64,000 nt of DNA from Armatimonadota bacterium (GTDB lineage: Bacteria > Armatimonadota > HRBIN16). Within the stretch, counting starts at the first letter, position 1. Each line of letters begins with the position of its first letter. A program made the translations under genes and the position numbers. The notes below the pieces were generated by a model. It was given only the letters and a program-made list of their open reading frames with translations, searched no databases and was not told the DNA's origin. Location: NCBI GenBank assembly GCA_963677485.1, contig OY781964.1:2592001-2656000 (forward strand), read 5' to 3'. Shown piece after piece: positions 21,322-32,001 of the stretch.

Positions 21322-22827
21322 ATGCCGCGTAAAATGCTGATCCTGCTGCTCTGTGGGGCTCTAATGCATTACTTCCTCGGGTTCATGCCGAAGGGTATCG
21401 TGCCCAAGGATGTGGATCATCTGCTGTCTGAGCAAATCACGCAGATCAAAGCAGGTTACCAGCCGCCAGCGACAATGCCGAAAAACTGGCTGGTGATTGC
21501 CGCCGGAAGCTCCTATCGAACCCTGTTTTACCTCAGCGAAAACAAGCCCGACCAGCAAGCCGTTGAGCGCGCGTTCACAAAGATGGGTGCACTGCCAGGC
21601 GAGGTCACCGCCGGTATGAGCGGTCAACGTCATGTGATGCGATGGCACCACCAGTGGTCGTACCTGGGCCGGATATATGCTTCGACAGATCTGTACCCTG
21701 AAAATCTCCGCCTTCGGTTTGTCCGCGCCATGGGGCTGTCCGCACAAACCTCTACATTGCCGATGCTGGTGTGCGTAGACAAATGCGCCGCGCTTGACCC
21801 ACCACAATATATCGACAGCGCGAACCGCGATGAGTTGATAACCGTGCAAGGACCGTTCGTCGCGGGCGAAGCGTTGAATATCAGCCAGTGGATCGCCTGG
21901 TGGCTGTGGCTTGTGTTGGCAATATTTATGTTTGCGTTCATTTGGGAGATGTTGGCACCGCGTGAACATGACAAACGGTCGGACCCGAAAATGTCGCTGA
22001 TGCAGCATGTGATGGCCTTTAAGCAGATAACAAGCGCTGTTGTAGTTGGGCTGTTCCTATTTCTGAACCATGATGGACTTCAAGAGATGCTTGGCAACGG
22101 GCTAGTCGATCTATGGGCGGGTGGGACGCGAAACATATCGTTAGGATTAGTTTTATTTTTACCGATCGCGTGTTTTGTGTTGACTTCGGTGTCGACAAGA
22201 TATCGCCTCAAAGCCGACCTGTCGAAAGCGGTATCACGGCAGCACGAGCGACTTCCACGCCTGCAAAAGACCCTCGCGGAGATCGTCTACAAGCGATCGA
22301 TGCAAATACGGCATGATGACTACATCCTGGCAAAGTGTGACCGTCTCGACCTGATGGGAGTTCTGCCCTCAGTGGACCATAAACGGAAGATCGTGTTCGT
22401 GCCGCCGATGGCGCGGCTAAGCATGGATGTCGCCCAAATTGACTTCTGGATCACGCGAACACTACAAGACCCTCGCAGCGGACGTAATTGGGATATAGGG
22501 ATCGGTCTTGGCGTGCTCATCGCAAGCGGTGTCACGCAGATCATGGGATACGACAACGCCTCCCTCATACTGCTGCTTGTTTTTTTGGCCATCGTGTTTC
22601 TTTGGGTAGGGGGCAATTGGGGTTATGAAGCGGCCAAGAACACTCGGGCTGACCTGGCTGCCATCGCCGTGACAGGCGACCCCGAAAGTGCCAAGCGGGC
22701 GATCAAGCGGCTGTATGGTTATAGCAAGAACGGTGCTAAGGAGACACCGAAGCGTATACTCGCCATCGATGTGAAATACCCGCGCGCTGCGGAGGCCGTC
22801 GAAGAGGCAGTCGAGGCTGTTTCGTAG
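21322..22827 (+). CDS. Membrane protein with degenerate M48-like C-terminus (pair member B)
   Basis: Colinear close paralog of 19358..20866 (MPRKMLILLLCGA...). Confidence 0.6.
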   Translation: MPRKMLILLLCGALMHYFLGFMPKGIVPKDVDHLLSEQITQIKAGYQPPATMPKNWLVIAAGSSYRTLFYLSENKPDQQAVERAFTKMGALPGEVTAGMSGQRHVMRWHHQWSYLGRIYASTDLYPENLRLRFVRAMGLSAQTSTLPMLVCVDKCAALDPPQYIDSANRDELITVQGPFVAGEALNISQWIAWWLWLVLAIFMFAFIWEMLAPREHDKRSDPKMSLMQHVMAFKQITSAVVVGLFLFLNHDGLQEMLGNGLVDLWAGGTRNISLGLVLFLPIACFVLTSVSTRYRLKADLSKAVSRQHERLPRLQKTLAEIVYKRSMQIRHDDYILAKCDRLDLMGVLPSVDHKRKIVFVPPMARLSMDVAQIDFWITRTLQDPRSGRNWDIGIGLGVLIASGVTQIMGYDNASLILLLVFLAIVFLWVGGNWGYEAAKNTRADLAAIAVTGDPESAKRAIKRLYGYSKNGAKETPKRILAIDVKYPRAAEAVEEAVEAVS

Positions 22828-22859
22828 CTGTGCCGATGAGTGCGGCGGTTTGGTTCCAT

Positions 22860-23262
22860 TTAACCGCGAATGGACACAGATAGACACGAATGGACACAGA
22901 TGAACGCGGATACCGGGAACCCAACGCAAAGGCGCAGAGGGGCAAAGGGCGCAATGGTTCAGTTCGAATCGCAGACAAAGCCGACCACCCAGCGGTCATT
23001 TACCTTTGCGTCATTGCATCTTGGCGTCTTTGCGTTGAATCCCGTCCGTGTAATCCGTGGTTCAGACAATTTGTAACCACGAATGGACACGGATAGACAC
23101 GAATGGACACAGATGAACGCGGATACCGGGAACCCAACGCAAGGGCGCAGGGGTGCAAAAGCGCAAAGGTTCTGTTCGAGCCGCGGACATAGACGACCAT
23201 CCAGCGCGGTCATATACCTTTGCGTCATTGCTTCTTGGCGTTTTTGCGCTGAATCCCGTCCG
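22860..23262. repeat. Nested inverted periodic-repeat module (2 copies)
   Basis: Near-identical to the module at 20900-21190. Confidence 0.8.
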
Positions 23263-23344
23263 GTTCCCCATACACACTCTACGCAGGATTGCGAACTCCC
23301 GTTGCCGAACTATACAGCGATTGTTTGTTTTAGGGAGTAACTCC

Positions 23345-24949
23345 ATGAGGTTCTTTGCCGTAATGATAGCACTGTGTAGCTGCGCTGCGTTGGCCCAGAC
23401 GCAAAAGCCGTTCCAAGTGGGTATCGAGCTGCCCACTATGTTGCCAGTCGACCCCACCGTGGAGCTGATGTTGAAGGACCTTGGGGTGAACTACCTCAAC
23501 TTCTATACATTCAACAACTACGGCCCGCCGGAGCAGGATGCCATGGCGGTGTATGACGCGCAGGCGGCATTGGCGAAGCGGCTGGGGGCGAACTACCAAC
23601 TGGCGTGCCACCACATGGATGTGCCCGAGGCGGTGGTGCGCAAGGCGGCGCAGGACCCGCTCTGCCAAGGTGTGATCATTGATGAGTTGGAGCACATCCG
23701 GCTGCTGTGGCGAGTGGCGGGACCCTCTGCGGCGGTGCTCGCTGACCCAGCGACCTTCACCGACCTCTATGATGCCCACGACAAATCGGTGGCGGCCTGG
23801 CAAAAACTGGCTGATAAGTATCGCGGATACGGTCTGACCAACTTCAACAGCACGCACGTTTGGCCGGTGCTGCTCTCGGTGGCGGCGAAAGGCGGATGGA
23901 ACCCCACGCCAAAAATCTGCAAGGAGTTCTACTCGCCGGTTTCGCTTGCCATCGGCATGGGCGCTGCGCTGCAGTATGAAAAACCGCTGATGGTAGACTG
24001 TGACCTGTGGTTCTGGGATCTGCTGCCCGGTCACACGCCCGAGGAGTATCGCAGCAATCTGCTGCTGGCCTACTGGAGCGGTGCGGACGGCGTATATACC
24101 GAGGGTGCCGGGTTCAACCTGTATCCTGCGGGTCGGCAGGGGTTTCCACACACCCTCATGGCAAAGCTGACCGACACGGAGTATTCGCTCACAGCCCATG
24201 GCGAGATACTGCGCTGGTTCATTAAGGATTATCTGCCGAAGCACCCGCGTGCCTGGAGCTTCCGCGACATCCAGCCGGATGTGGCGATCATCCGGTTCGA
24301 GGATAGCTGTTTTGGCCAGCGTTTCAGCAATATGCCGGACACGCTGTATGGCAGCGAGAAGCTGAAGAGCGATGCCGACACCGAGGCCTGGTTCCAGATT
24401 TGGAACGTGCTGACGGGTGGCAAGACCGGCCGAGACGGTATCAGCATGTTCCGAGCCACCCAGGGCATGTTTGGCCTGGAGTATGTTCCGCACACCACGC
24501 GGCGCGACAGCTACCTCACCCGGCCCATGATGTCGGGTTCGCACAACTTCTGGACGCCCCTGAACAACGTGGTGGTGTTCGACGACACCGTGACCGCGGA
24601 GCGTCTGGGGCAGATCCCCTGCCTGTTCCTCACAGGCAAGCGGATCAGTGATGAGACTTGGCTGGCGGTTCAAGAGCGTGTGAAGCAGGGGGCGACTTGC
24701 GTGATCTGGGCTCCGCTGGCGAAGAAGCTGGGGCTGGAACCCAAGGGCGACATCACTGAACTGACCATGGGCAAGGGCAAGATGATCATCACCACCGATT
24801 TTGGGCTGACACCGGTCACCACCGCCGTGTGGAGCTTCATCGGCCGCGCCGACCAGATCCGCTACCGCTTCAAGCAGGGTGAAGTGGTGTTTAAGACGCT
24901 CGACGAAAACAAGGTGGATGTTCAGACCACGGTGTATCCCAACCCGTAG
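23345..24949 (+). CDS. Secreted hypothetical protein, possibly glycoside-hydrolase-like
   Basis: GGGAG RBS, signal peptide MRFFAVMIALCSCAALA, strong GC3 codon bias. Function not recognisable. Confidence 0.65.
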   Translation: MRFFAVMIALCSCAALAQTQKPFQVGIELPTMLPVDPTVELMLKDLGVNYLNFYTFNNYGPPEQDAMAVYDAQAALAKRLGANYQLACHHMDVPEAVVRKAAQDPLCQGVIIDELEHIRLLWRVAGPSAAVLADPATFTDLYDAHDKSVAAWQKLADKYRGYGLTNFNSTHVWPVLLSVAAKGGWNPTPKICKEFYSPVSLAIGMGAALQYEKPLMVDCDLWFWDLLPGHTPEEYRSNLLLAYWSGADGVYTEGAGFNLYPAGRQGFPHTLMAKLTDTEYSLTAHGEILRWFIKDYLPKHPRAWSFRDIQPDVAIIRFEDSCFGQRFSNMPDTLYGSEKLKSDADTEAWFQIWNVLTGGKTGRDGISMFRATQGMFGLEYVPHTTRRDSYLTRPMMSGSHNFWTPLNNVVVFDDTVTAERLGQIPCLFLTGKRISDETWLAVQERVKQGATCVIWAPLAKKLGLEPKGDITELTMGKGKMIITTDFGLTPVTTAVWSFIGRADQIRYRFKQGEVVFKTLDENKVDVQTTVYPNP

Positions 24950-25150
24950 GGGCGACCGGCGGTCGCCCTTGTTGGTGGGGGATTCAATCCACAGATTACA
25001 CAGATTACGCAGATTTGTGGGGCGATGGGACGTGACGTCTGGCGTAGGGGCGGGGTCACCCCGCCCACCACACCCCAACCCGTAGGGGCAGGCCCCCGTG
25101 CCTGCCCCATATAACCATAGCCCCATGGACGGGGTCACCCGCCCCCCAAA
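24945..25150. repeat. Cluster of GTAG-type REP-like palindromes
   Basis: GTAGGGGCGACCGGCGGTCGCCCT, GTAGGGGCGGGGTCACCCCGCCC and GTAGGGGCAGGCCCCCGTGCCTGCCCC between convergent genes. Confidence 0.75.
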
Positions 25151-25156
25151 TCCAGC

Positions 25157-26227
25157 CTACGCCATGGGACGGAAATCGGTGCTGGCGTTGATGCGGCGTA
25201 CAAAGCCTGCGATCAAGCGCACACCGTTCTGCAGATCGGCCATACTCATCACCTCGCAGGGGGTGTGCATGTAGCGTAACGGCACGCTGATCAACCCGGT
25301 GGCCACACTGGCCCGGTTGAGCTGCATCATGTTGGCGTCGGTACCGGTGCCACCGGGGTTGACCTCAATCTGAACCGGGATGTCATCTTCCTTTGCGGTC
25401 CGCATCAGCAGATCAAACACCACAGGATTCACATTGGCACCACGGGTGATGCTGGGGCCTTTTCCGCACACGGTTTCGCCAAATCGCTTCTTGTCCGCGC
25501 CTGGGAAATCAATGCTGTGACACACATCCACCGCCACACCCACCAGCGGGTCGATGCCGTAGGCCGCCGTCTTGGCGCCTCTCAGTCCGATCTCTTCCTG
25601 CACGGTCGCCACGCTGTATAGACCGCAACCCAGATTGGCCTTCTCACTGCTCAGTTCGCGCAAGACCTCGGCCACCATCCAGGCACCCATCTTATCGTCA
25701 AAGCCGCGTGCGCACACCATATCGCCCAGCAGCTCTTCCATTTCATACTGATACGTAATGGGGTCACCCAGGTTCACATATTCCATCGCCTCGGATTTAT
25801 CTTTAGCCCCGATATCCACCCAAACTTCGTTCAGCGTGGGCATTTTAGACCGCTCATCGGGTGTCATCAGATGGATGGCGCGTCGGCCCATTACCCCGGT
25901 GATGGTGCCCTTGGTGCCATGCACGTTCACCCGCTGCCCAAAGGGGATCAGCACATCGTGCCCTCCCACAGGAGCGACATACAGCAGCCCCTCATCGCTG
26001 ACATGTTTTACCAAAAAACCGAGTTCGTCCACATGTCCACTGATCATCACCCTTACTAGCGAATCGGGGTTGATGACGGCGATGGTATTGCCATGAAGGT
26101 CGGTAGATATCTGGTCGGCGTAAGGTGCCAGATAGTCTCGATAGCATTTGGCCGCCTGCTGTTCATATCCGCTGGGACTTGGCATATTCGCCAATTGGGT
26201 GAGGAAGTTATAACTCTCAGATTGCAT
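25157..26227 (-). CDS. M42 family metalloaminopeptidase
   Basis: SPSGYE, GHVDELG, FDDKMG, VQEEIGLRGA, GGTGTDA, LRYMHTPCE. Confidence 0.92.
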   Translation of the reverse strand: MQSESYNFLTQLANMPSPSGYEQQAAKCYRDYLAPYADQISTDLHGNTIAVINPDSLVRVMISGHVDELGFLVKHVSDEGLLYVAPVGGHDVLIPFGQRVNVHGTKGTITGVMGRRAIHLMTPDERSKMPTLNEVWVDIGAKDKSEAMEYVNLGDPITYQYEMEELLGDMVCARGFDDKMGAWMVAEVLRELSSEKANLGCGLYSVATVQEEIGLRGAKTAAYGIDPLVGVAVDVCHSIDFPGADKKRFGETVCGKGPSITRGANVNPVVFDLLMRTAKEDDIPVQIEVNPGGTGTDANMMQLNRASVATGLISVPLRYMHTPCEVMSMADLQNGVRLIAGFVRRINASTDFRPMA

Positions 26228-26483
26228 GACATCATCTCCAGACCGAATTTATGGGCAATTCTGCCCGTAATTCTCATTTTACACTCAATTCAAAATATAC
26301 TGCATTAAGTTCTACTAGTATAGACAAATTTACGCTAATATGAATACACACTTTCCATGTCCGCGGCATTTTAGTTAAAAATACCTCTCAAAATTCGCAT
26401 TTATTTTTACATTTTAGTCACTATTTCGTTGAATAGTGGCCTATAAGAGGGTATTCTAAGTCTGTTGAGGCAAAATCAACAGT

Positions 26484-26516
26484 AAAGTGGGTGCAAAGTG
26501 GTGTCAAACTGGGTGC
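26484..26516 (+). promoter_or_regulatory. Putative MraZ binding boxes (three direct repeats)
   Basis: AAAGTGGGTGC / AAAGTGGTGTC / AAACTGGGTGC at 11-nt period upstream of mraZ; resembles known GTGG/TGGG MraZ operators. Confidence 0.7.
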
Positions 26517-26568
26517 ACTTTACATCCGATTTTTGTCCATACCGCAAACAAGGCGAGTGAAACCGAAA

Positions 26569-27108
26569 ATGTCCGATGAATCCAATCAGATTGAGCAGTT
26601 CGTAAACAACTCTTTGGCTGAAGAGAAGTCTGAGCCCAAGATGAGCCCGCTCGCGCAGATGCAGGGCTACTCCGAACACGCTCTCGATGAGAAATGTCGG
26701 TTGATACTGCCCGCTCGATTTATCAAGTGTTTTGAATCCAGGCAGATGGTCATCACCCGCGGTTACAGCCAGACGCTGTGGATATTCCACCCCAGCACAT
26801 GGCAGCAGCTGCAGCAGCAACTGGCTACCATGGCCAATACAAATGCAAACAGCTTATCGCTTCAGCGGTTTTTCGCAGGAGCGGCCGAGTCCGTGCCCAT
26901 CGACAGTGCCGGACGGTTTATGGTACCACAGCATCTTCGAGCACTGGCAGATATTCAACCATCAGCAAAAGATGAAAAGCCAGTGGTGCTCCAAGGGGTG
27001 CCCAACCGCATAGAGATATGGTCCAAGGCTAAATGGCAGAGCTACAATATGCAGCTTACCGATGACGATGTCATGTCGGCGATGGAAGCCACAGGCTTCT
27101 CGTTTTGA
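26569..27108 (+). CDS. mraZ: Division/cell wall cluster repressor MraZ
   Basis: HALDEKCRLILPARF, IDSAGRFMVP, RIEIWS; first gene of the dcw cluster. Start uncertain. Confidence 0.9.
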   Translation: MSDESNQIEQFVNNSLAEEKSEPKMSPLAQMQGYSEHALDEKCRLILPARFIKCFESRQMVITRGYSQTLWIFHPSTWQQLQQQLATMANTNANSLSLQRFFAGAAESVPIDSAGRFMVPQHLRALADIQPSAKDEKPVVLQGVPNRIEIWSKAKWQSYNMQLTDDDVMSAMEATGFSF

Positions 27109-28034
27109 GTTCCGCTCCGCACGTGCCGGTGATGTTGGAGGAGTGTCTGCAGCTTTTGGCACTTCAACCCGGCGAAACTGCGGTTGACGCCACTTTAGGT
27201 GCAGGCGGGCACAGTATGCGCATGCTGCAGGCACTGCAGCCAGGCGGCACGTTGATAGCTTTTGATCGGGATGCCAGTGCAATCGAACTGGCCCAACAGC
27301 GTCTGGCAGCGGTGCCGGCGCAGGCCAACATCATATTGGTGCATAGTGATTACCGCGAAATGCGTCAGCAATGTTCAGATCGAGACATTGAACAGGTAGA
27401 TGCCGTTTTTTTTGACCTTGGCGTCTCATCAATGCAGCTAGACCTCCCAGAAAGAGGTTTTTCTCATCGCTTAGATGCTCCACTGGACATGCGCATGGAC
27501 CAGAGCCAGCCACTGACGGCATACCATGTCGTGAACGAGTGGGATGAAGTTGATATCGCAGCCGCCATTTGGGAATTCGGTGAGGACAGGGCCAGCAGAC
27601 GGATCGCACGCGAGATCGTGAGACACAGGCCTATTGAAACCACCGGGCAGTTGGCGGAAGTGGTCAGCAGAGCTGTCGGCAGATTTAAGGGTGAACACCA
27701 CCCGGCGGCGCGCACGATGCAGGCCATTCGGATCGTAGTGAACCGGGAACTAGAGGGGCTGCAGCAGATAGTGGAGCAATCCATTGAGATGCTGAAACCA
27801 GGGGGACGAATCGTGGCTCTTACTTATCATTCATTAGAGGCACGGGCCGTCAAACAAGCATTTTTGGCTTACAGCGGAAAATGCCAGTGCCCGCCCTCAT
27901 TCCCCATCTGTGTTTGCGGAGCAACGAAGCAGATCGAATACATCGTCAAGGGTTCATTGAAGCCCACAGAACAGGAAGTGGCCGCCAACCCCAGAGCACG
28001 CAGTGCTCAGTGCCGAGCGGCCAGAAAACTGTAG
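27105..28034 (+). CDS. rsmH: 16S rRNA C1402 N4-methyltransferase
   Basis: HVPVMLEE, DATLGAGGHS, DLGVSSMQLD, NPRARSA. Confidence 0.95.
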   Translation: MSSAPHVPVMLEECLQLLALQPGETAVDATLGAGGHSMRMLQALQPGGTLIAFDRDASAIELAQQRLAAVPAQANIILVHSDYREMRQQCSDRDIEQVDAVFFDLGVSSMQLDLPERGFSHRLDAPLDMRMDQSQPLTAYHVVNEWDEVDIAAAIWEFGEDRASRRIAREIVRHRPIETTGQLAEVVSRAVGRFKGEHHPAARTMQAIRIVVNRELEGLQQIVEQSIEMLKPGGRIVALTYHSLEARAVKQAFLAYSGKCQCPPSFPICVCGATKQIEYIVKGSLKPTEQEVAANPRARSAQCRAARKL

Positions 28035-28117
28035 TCAACCAACCGGAACACCATCGAGTAATACTTATTATTTATGACCTACGAGGGGATACCCTCAAAT
28101 GCCAGGGAGAAGCTACC

Positions 28118-28498
28118 ATGTCTACTACCATTATCAGTCCTTCAGCCCGGCCCTTGCGGTCGAAATCGGTATCGGATTCGAGGATGAAGCACCATAAAGG
28201 TCTGAATCCACTCAGCAAATTGATCATCTCAATCAATGGGGTGCTCGTGCTGTTTTGGCTCTTCATCGCCTCCAGCGGGCCAGGCAATTTGAACAGGATG
28301 AGCACCGAACAAAGCCAACTCATTGCCGAAATAAACCGTCTCACCTATGCGAACCAACAGCTTAAAAGTGACATTCTCACAGAGACATCAGATGTAGTGA
28401 TTGAACGATGGGCGGCTGTTCACAATTTCGAAAAGGAGACCGCTCCTGAAGCATCTGCCGCATTGAACCGTAACCAAGCATCAGCAGCTTCACGATAG
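28118..28498 (+). CDS. Probable FtsL-like cell division protein
   Basis: One TM helix plus coiled coil, between rsmH and the PBP gene. Confidence 0.6.
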   Translation: MSTTIISPSARPLRSKSVSDSRMKHHKGLNPLSKLIISINGVLVLFWLFIASSGPGNLNRMSTEQSQLIAEINRLTYANQQLKSDILTETSDVVIERWAAVHNFEKETAPEASAALNRNQASAASR

Positions 28499-28509
28499 AG
28501 TGAACCGGC

Positions 28510-30468
28510 ATGACTGACCGACCAGGGCGGCACAATCGTGTGACCGACCCCCTTACTATCACTGGCCAGAATGCGCTGTCTATAACAACTTTAATAGGCG
28601 GCGTTATGCTGCTTGTCATATTCCTAAGGCTGGCATGGTGGCAAGTAGGCAAGCATCACGAGCTCTCAGAGGCTTACGCCAACCAACACATCAAGGTAGT
28701 TTCCATACCCGCGCCTCGCGGACGCATCCTGGACAGCGAAGGCAATGAGCTCGCGATGAATAACCGGTGCGTTCATCTGCTAATCCAGCCCAAGCGTATC
28801 TTCGCGCCTGTCATGGCGGCTGACGTGATTTCCATCATCACCAAGATAGACCGTGCCCAACTGCTCGATCAGTTTTCAAAGCATAAGAGTTCATTTTACA
28901 TAATGAAAAATGCTCTAGGCCCCAAAATGGACAGGCTGATTGCGATGGAAACTATCATGAACCAACGAACCCGACGGCAGCGGGAAGCCACTATCAAAGC
29001 CAATTTCAAGGGTGCTGAGGCCCAACAGCTATTGCAAGTCGTCGAGGGTAAGAAGCAGTTTACCCCTGAAGAAGTAAAGACATGGACAGCCGGGGTGATT
29101 GTAGAGCGCGACAATGTACGCAAATACCCGATGAACCAGGCGGCATGCCAACTCATAGGCACGGTTGATAGCGCGGGTGTTGGGAGAGACGGGCTGGAAC
29201 TAAAATTCAACCCTCCACTTGATAAGAACGGAAAACCGACAGGAATCGGACTTCAGGGTAGAAATGGCCAGATGCAGGCTGAATTCGCCCGTGACGGACA
29301 TATCGTGCCAGGCACCGAGAAGGACCTGGTCAAGATGATTCCGGGGGTCGACGTCAAGCTGACCATCAACGGCTATATCCAATCAGCCGCAGAAGAAGCA
29401 TTGAATGAACTGGCTGCCAAACACAAGCCCAAACGGGCTTGTGCCATCGTGATGGACCCGAACACCGGCGAAATACTGGCCATGGCCAATGTGCCTGGGT
29501 ATGACCTCAACCAGCGCTCCAAATTGATACGCAAAACGGCCGATATCGAGAAAACCCGCAATATGGCCGCATCACACGCTTTTGAGCCTGGCTCAATTTT
29601 TAAACCGATTACCATCTCTGGCGGCCTGCACTGCCACGTGATTACCGAAAACTCACAGTTTTATTGTGACGGCAGCCTGCCCCTGCCCGGCAAGACGATC
29701 CACTGTACACACGGTGTGAAGCATGGGCAGCTGACGCCAAGGGAGATCATCGCTCAAAGCTGTAATGTCTCTACAGGACGCATCGCACTGAGGATGGGAC
29801 CGAAGACCTTGTATAACTGGATTGTTTCGATGGGATTGACCAAAAAGGCCTGCCGTGACATCCCGTCATCAAGCTGGGGATACCTACCGAACCCCAGCAT
29901 TAAGAGAACCCGATGGGGACAGATAGCGAATGCCAACATCGGATTCGGACAAGGGGTCACAGTCACTCCAATCGGGTTGTTGACCTCATTCTGTAGCTTG
30001 ATCAACGGCGGGGAGTATATTCCCGCTCAGATTATTAAGGGCAAGAAGGGCAAAGTACGCCGCTTGCTCACTCAAGAGGAATCAATGGAACTCCGCAGTT
30101 TCTTGAAAGCAACTGTGGACGAAGGCACCGGACCACTCGCACAAGTTCCTGGCTACCTGGTAGGGGGCAAGACAGGAACCGCACAGCGAGTGTATGAATC
30201 GGTGCGTGGGCAAAAGCGGGCAGGAACTGGTTACGAACAGGGCGCCTATGTCGCCTCCTTTATAGGTTTCGCTCCTGTGAATGAACCAAGAGTCGCTATT
30301 CTGGTTACAGTAGACCGTCCCACAGAGAATGGGCACTATGGGGGAACGGTCGCTGGGCCCGCTTTTGCCAAGATCATGGGTGAGTCACTCGCCCACCTAT
30401 CTGTCACCGCAGACCCGTTCATGAAACTGCATCCGCAGTATCACAAACGCAAGAAACTGAACGACTAG
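28510..30468 (+). CDS. ftsI: Class B penicillin-binding protein (FtsI/SpoVD-like)
   Basis: RGRILD, EPGSIFK (SxxK), SCN, KTGTAQ. Confidence 0.9.
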   Translation: MTDRPGRHNRVTDPLTITGQNALSITTLIGGVMLLVIFLRLAWWQVGKHHELSEAYANQHIKVVSIPAPRGRILDSEGNELAMNNRCVHLLIQPKRIFAPVMAADVISIITKIDRAQLLDQFSKHKSSFYIMKNALGPKMDRLIAMETIMNQRTRRQREATIKANFKGAEAQQLLQVVEGKKQFTPEEVKTWTAGVIVERDNVRKYPMNQAACQLIGTVDSAGVGRDGLELKFNPPLDKNGKPTGIGLQGRNGQMQAEFARDGHIVPGTEKDLVKMIPGVDVKLTINGYIQSAAEEALNELAAKHKPKRACAIVMDPNTGEILAMANVPGYDLNQRSKLIRKTADIEKTRNMAASHAFEPGSIFKPITISGGLHCHVITENSQFYCDGSLPLPGKTIHCTHGVKHGQLTPREIIAQSCNVSTGRIALRMGPKTLYNWIVSMGLTKKACRDIPSSSWGYLPNPSIKRTRWGQIANANIGFGQGVTVTPIGLLTSFCSLINGGEYIPAQIIKGKKGKVRRLLTQEESMELRSFLKATVDEGTGPLAQVPGYLVGGKTGTAQRVYESVRGQKRAGTGYEQGAYVASFIGFAPVNEPRVAILVTVDRPTENGHYGGTVAGPAFAKIMGESLAHLSVTADPFMKLHPQYHKRKKLND

Positions 30469-30513
30469 CTTGACTCTGATAAAATAGATTGGTAACACAA
30501 CGGACTTATACGA

Positions 30514-31998
30514 ATGACAGCGCAGTATCTTCTCGACATGTTTCAAACAGTACACGGAGCACGTGTGCCGGCAGAGGCCAACCCACTCATTGAAGGAGTG
30601 GCTTTTGACTCCCGGCAAGTGAAGCCGGGTTATCTGTTCATCGCCCTTCAGGGCGATCATGTTGACGGCCGCCAGTTCATCCCATCGGCTATCCAGAACG
30701 GTGCCGTGGCGGTCATGACTGCCCTCCCCGCCGATACTCACCTGCCACAGGTCATCGTGCCCGACGCCGAACTCGCCATGGCGCAGGTGGCATGCCAATT
30801 CTACCAATACCCCTCCCGCAAGATGCGTGTGATAGGGATCACCGGCACGAATGGAAAGACCACCACCGCGATTTTGGCCGCGCATATCATGAGATATGCT
30901 GGCCGTAAGACGGCTGTGATAGGCACCCTTGGGGCGTCTTCGGACGGTGTTAATTGGAAGTCCACTGGTCACACCACGCCGCAATCGCCCGACTTGCAGC
31001 GCATTCTGGCAGAACTCCGCGATGAGGGTGTGGCGGATGTTGTGATGGAGATCAGCTCACATGCCATCAGCCAGAAACGCACACACGGTCTGGAGCTTGA
31101 TGTCGCCGCGATGCTGAACCTGACCCAAGACCACCTTGACTATTACGGCGATATGGCCAGTTATGCGGCCGCCAAAAAACAGCTTTTCACCGAGTACCCG
31201 GATTTTACCCAGAAGAAGTTCACCAGTGTCATGAACATGGCGGACTCCACCGCCCGAGGGTGGTCAGCCTGCCTTGAAACTAGCCAGCTAAACTTCGGTC
31301 CAGAAGGAAGCGGAGCAGATGCCGCTGTCAGTGGTGTTCAACTGGCGGTCGATTCCGTCAGCTACACGCTGACATATCACGGCCACAGCTATCAAGTGAC
31401 AGTGCCCCTGGGCGGTGGATTCCAAGTATGGAACAGCGCGGCCGCCTGGTGCTGCTGCGTATCAATAGGCATCGAACCTCAGATCGCGGCAGATGCACTG
31501 CGCTGCTGTCCCAGCTCACCAGGCCGTTTTGAGATGGTGCCTAATGATCGAGGCGTGACTGTGCTTGTAGATTACGCGCATACACCGGATGGATTAGTTA
31601 ACGTTTTGAACAGTGCCCGCAACCTGAACCCGCGGGAATTGGTTGTGGTTTTTGGATGCGGTGGAGACAGAGACGCCACAAAGCGGCCTGTCATGGGCAA
31701 AATCGCAGTGGAATCCGCTGACCGCGTATATGTCACAAGTGATAATCCGCGCACTGAAGATGCTGAGAGCATCATCCAACAGATAATAGCTGGTATGCCC
31801 CAGCCTCAGTCCCATCAAGTGAGCATAGAAGCCGACCGCAAATTGGCCATTCATATGGCTCTTGCCAGCCTGCAGCCAGGTGATATTCTGGTCATCGCAG
31901 GTAAGGGACACGAAGATTACCAGATCATTGGAACAACTAAATACCCCTTTGATGACCGCATCATAGCAACTGAGTGGTTTCAGGGAGATAGAAGATAA
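30514..31998 (+). CDS. murE: UDP-MurNAc-Ala-Glu:meso-DAP ligase
   Basis: GTNGKTT, DYAHTPDG, DNPR (DAP-type motif), AGKGHE. Confidence 0.95.
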   Translation: MTAQYLLDMFQTVHGARVPAEANPLIEGVAFDSRQVKPGYLFIALQGDHVDGRQFIPSAIQNGAVAVMTALPADTHLPQVIVPDAELAMAQVACQFYQYPSRKMRVIGITGTNGKTTTAILAAHIMRYAGRKTAVIGTLGASSDGVNWKSTGHTTPQSPDLQRILAELRDEGVADVVMEISSHAISQKRTHGLELDVAAMLNLTQDHLDYYGDMASYAAAKKQLFTEYPDFTQKKFTSVMNMADSTARGWSACLETSQLNFGPEGSGADAAVSGVQLAVDSVSYTLTYHGHSYQVTVPLGGGFQVWNSAAAWCCCVSIGIEPQIAADALRCCPSSPGRFEMVPNDRGVTVLVDYAHTPDGLVNVLNSARNLNPRELVVVFGCGGDRDATKRPVMGKIAVESADRVYVTSDNPRTEDAESIIQQIIAGMPQPQSHQVSIEADRKLAIHMALASLQPGDILVIAGKGHEDYQIIGTTKYPFDDRIIATEWFQGDRR

Positions 31999-32001
31999 AT
32001 C

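Noticed and set aside
15992-22827. Integron cassette array
   Set aside because: No integrase and no convincing attC sites (RYYYAAC...GTTRRRY); the genes are paralogs and two are translationally coupled.
23330-25138. 602-aa minus-strand ORF
   Set aside because: Antisense shadow of the codon-biased gene 23345..24949; it starts inside REP-like repeats.
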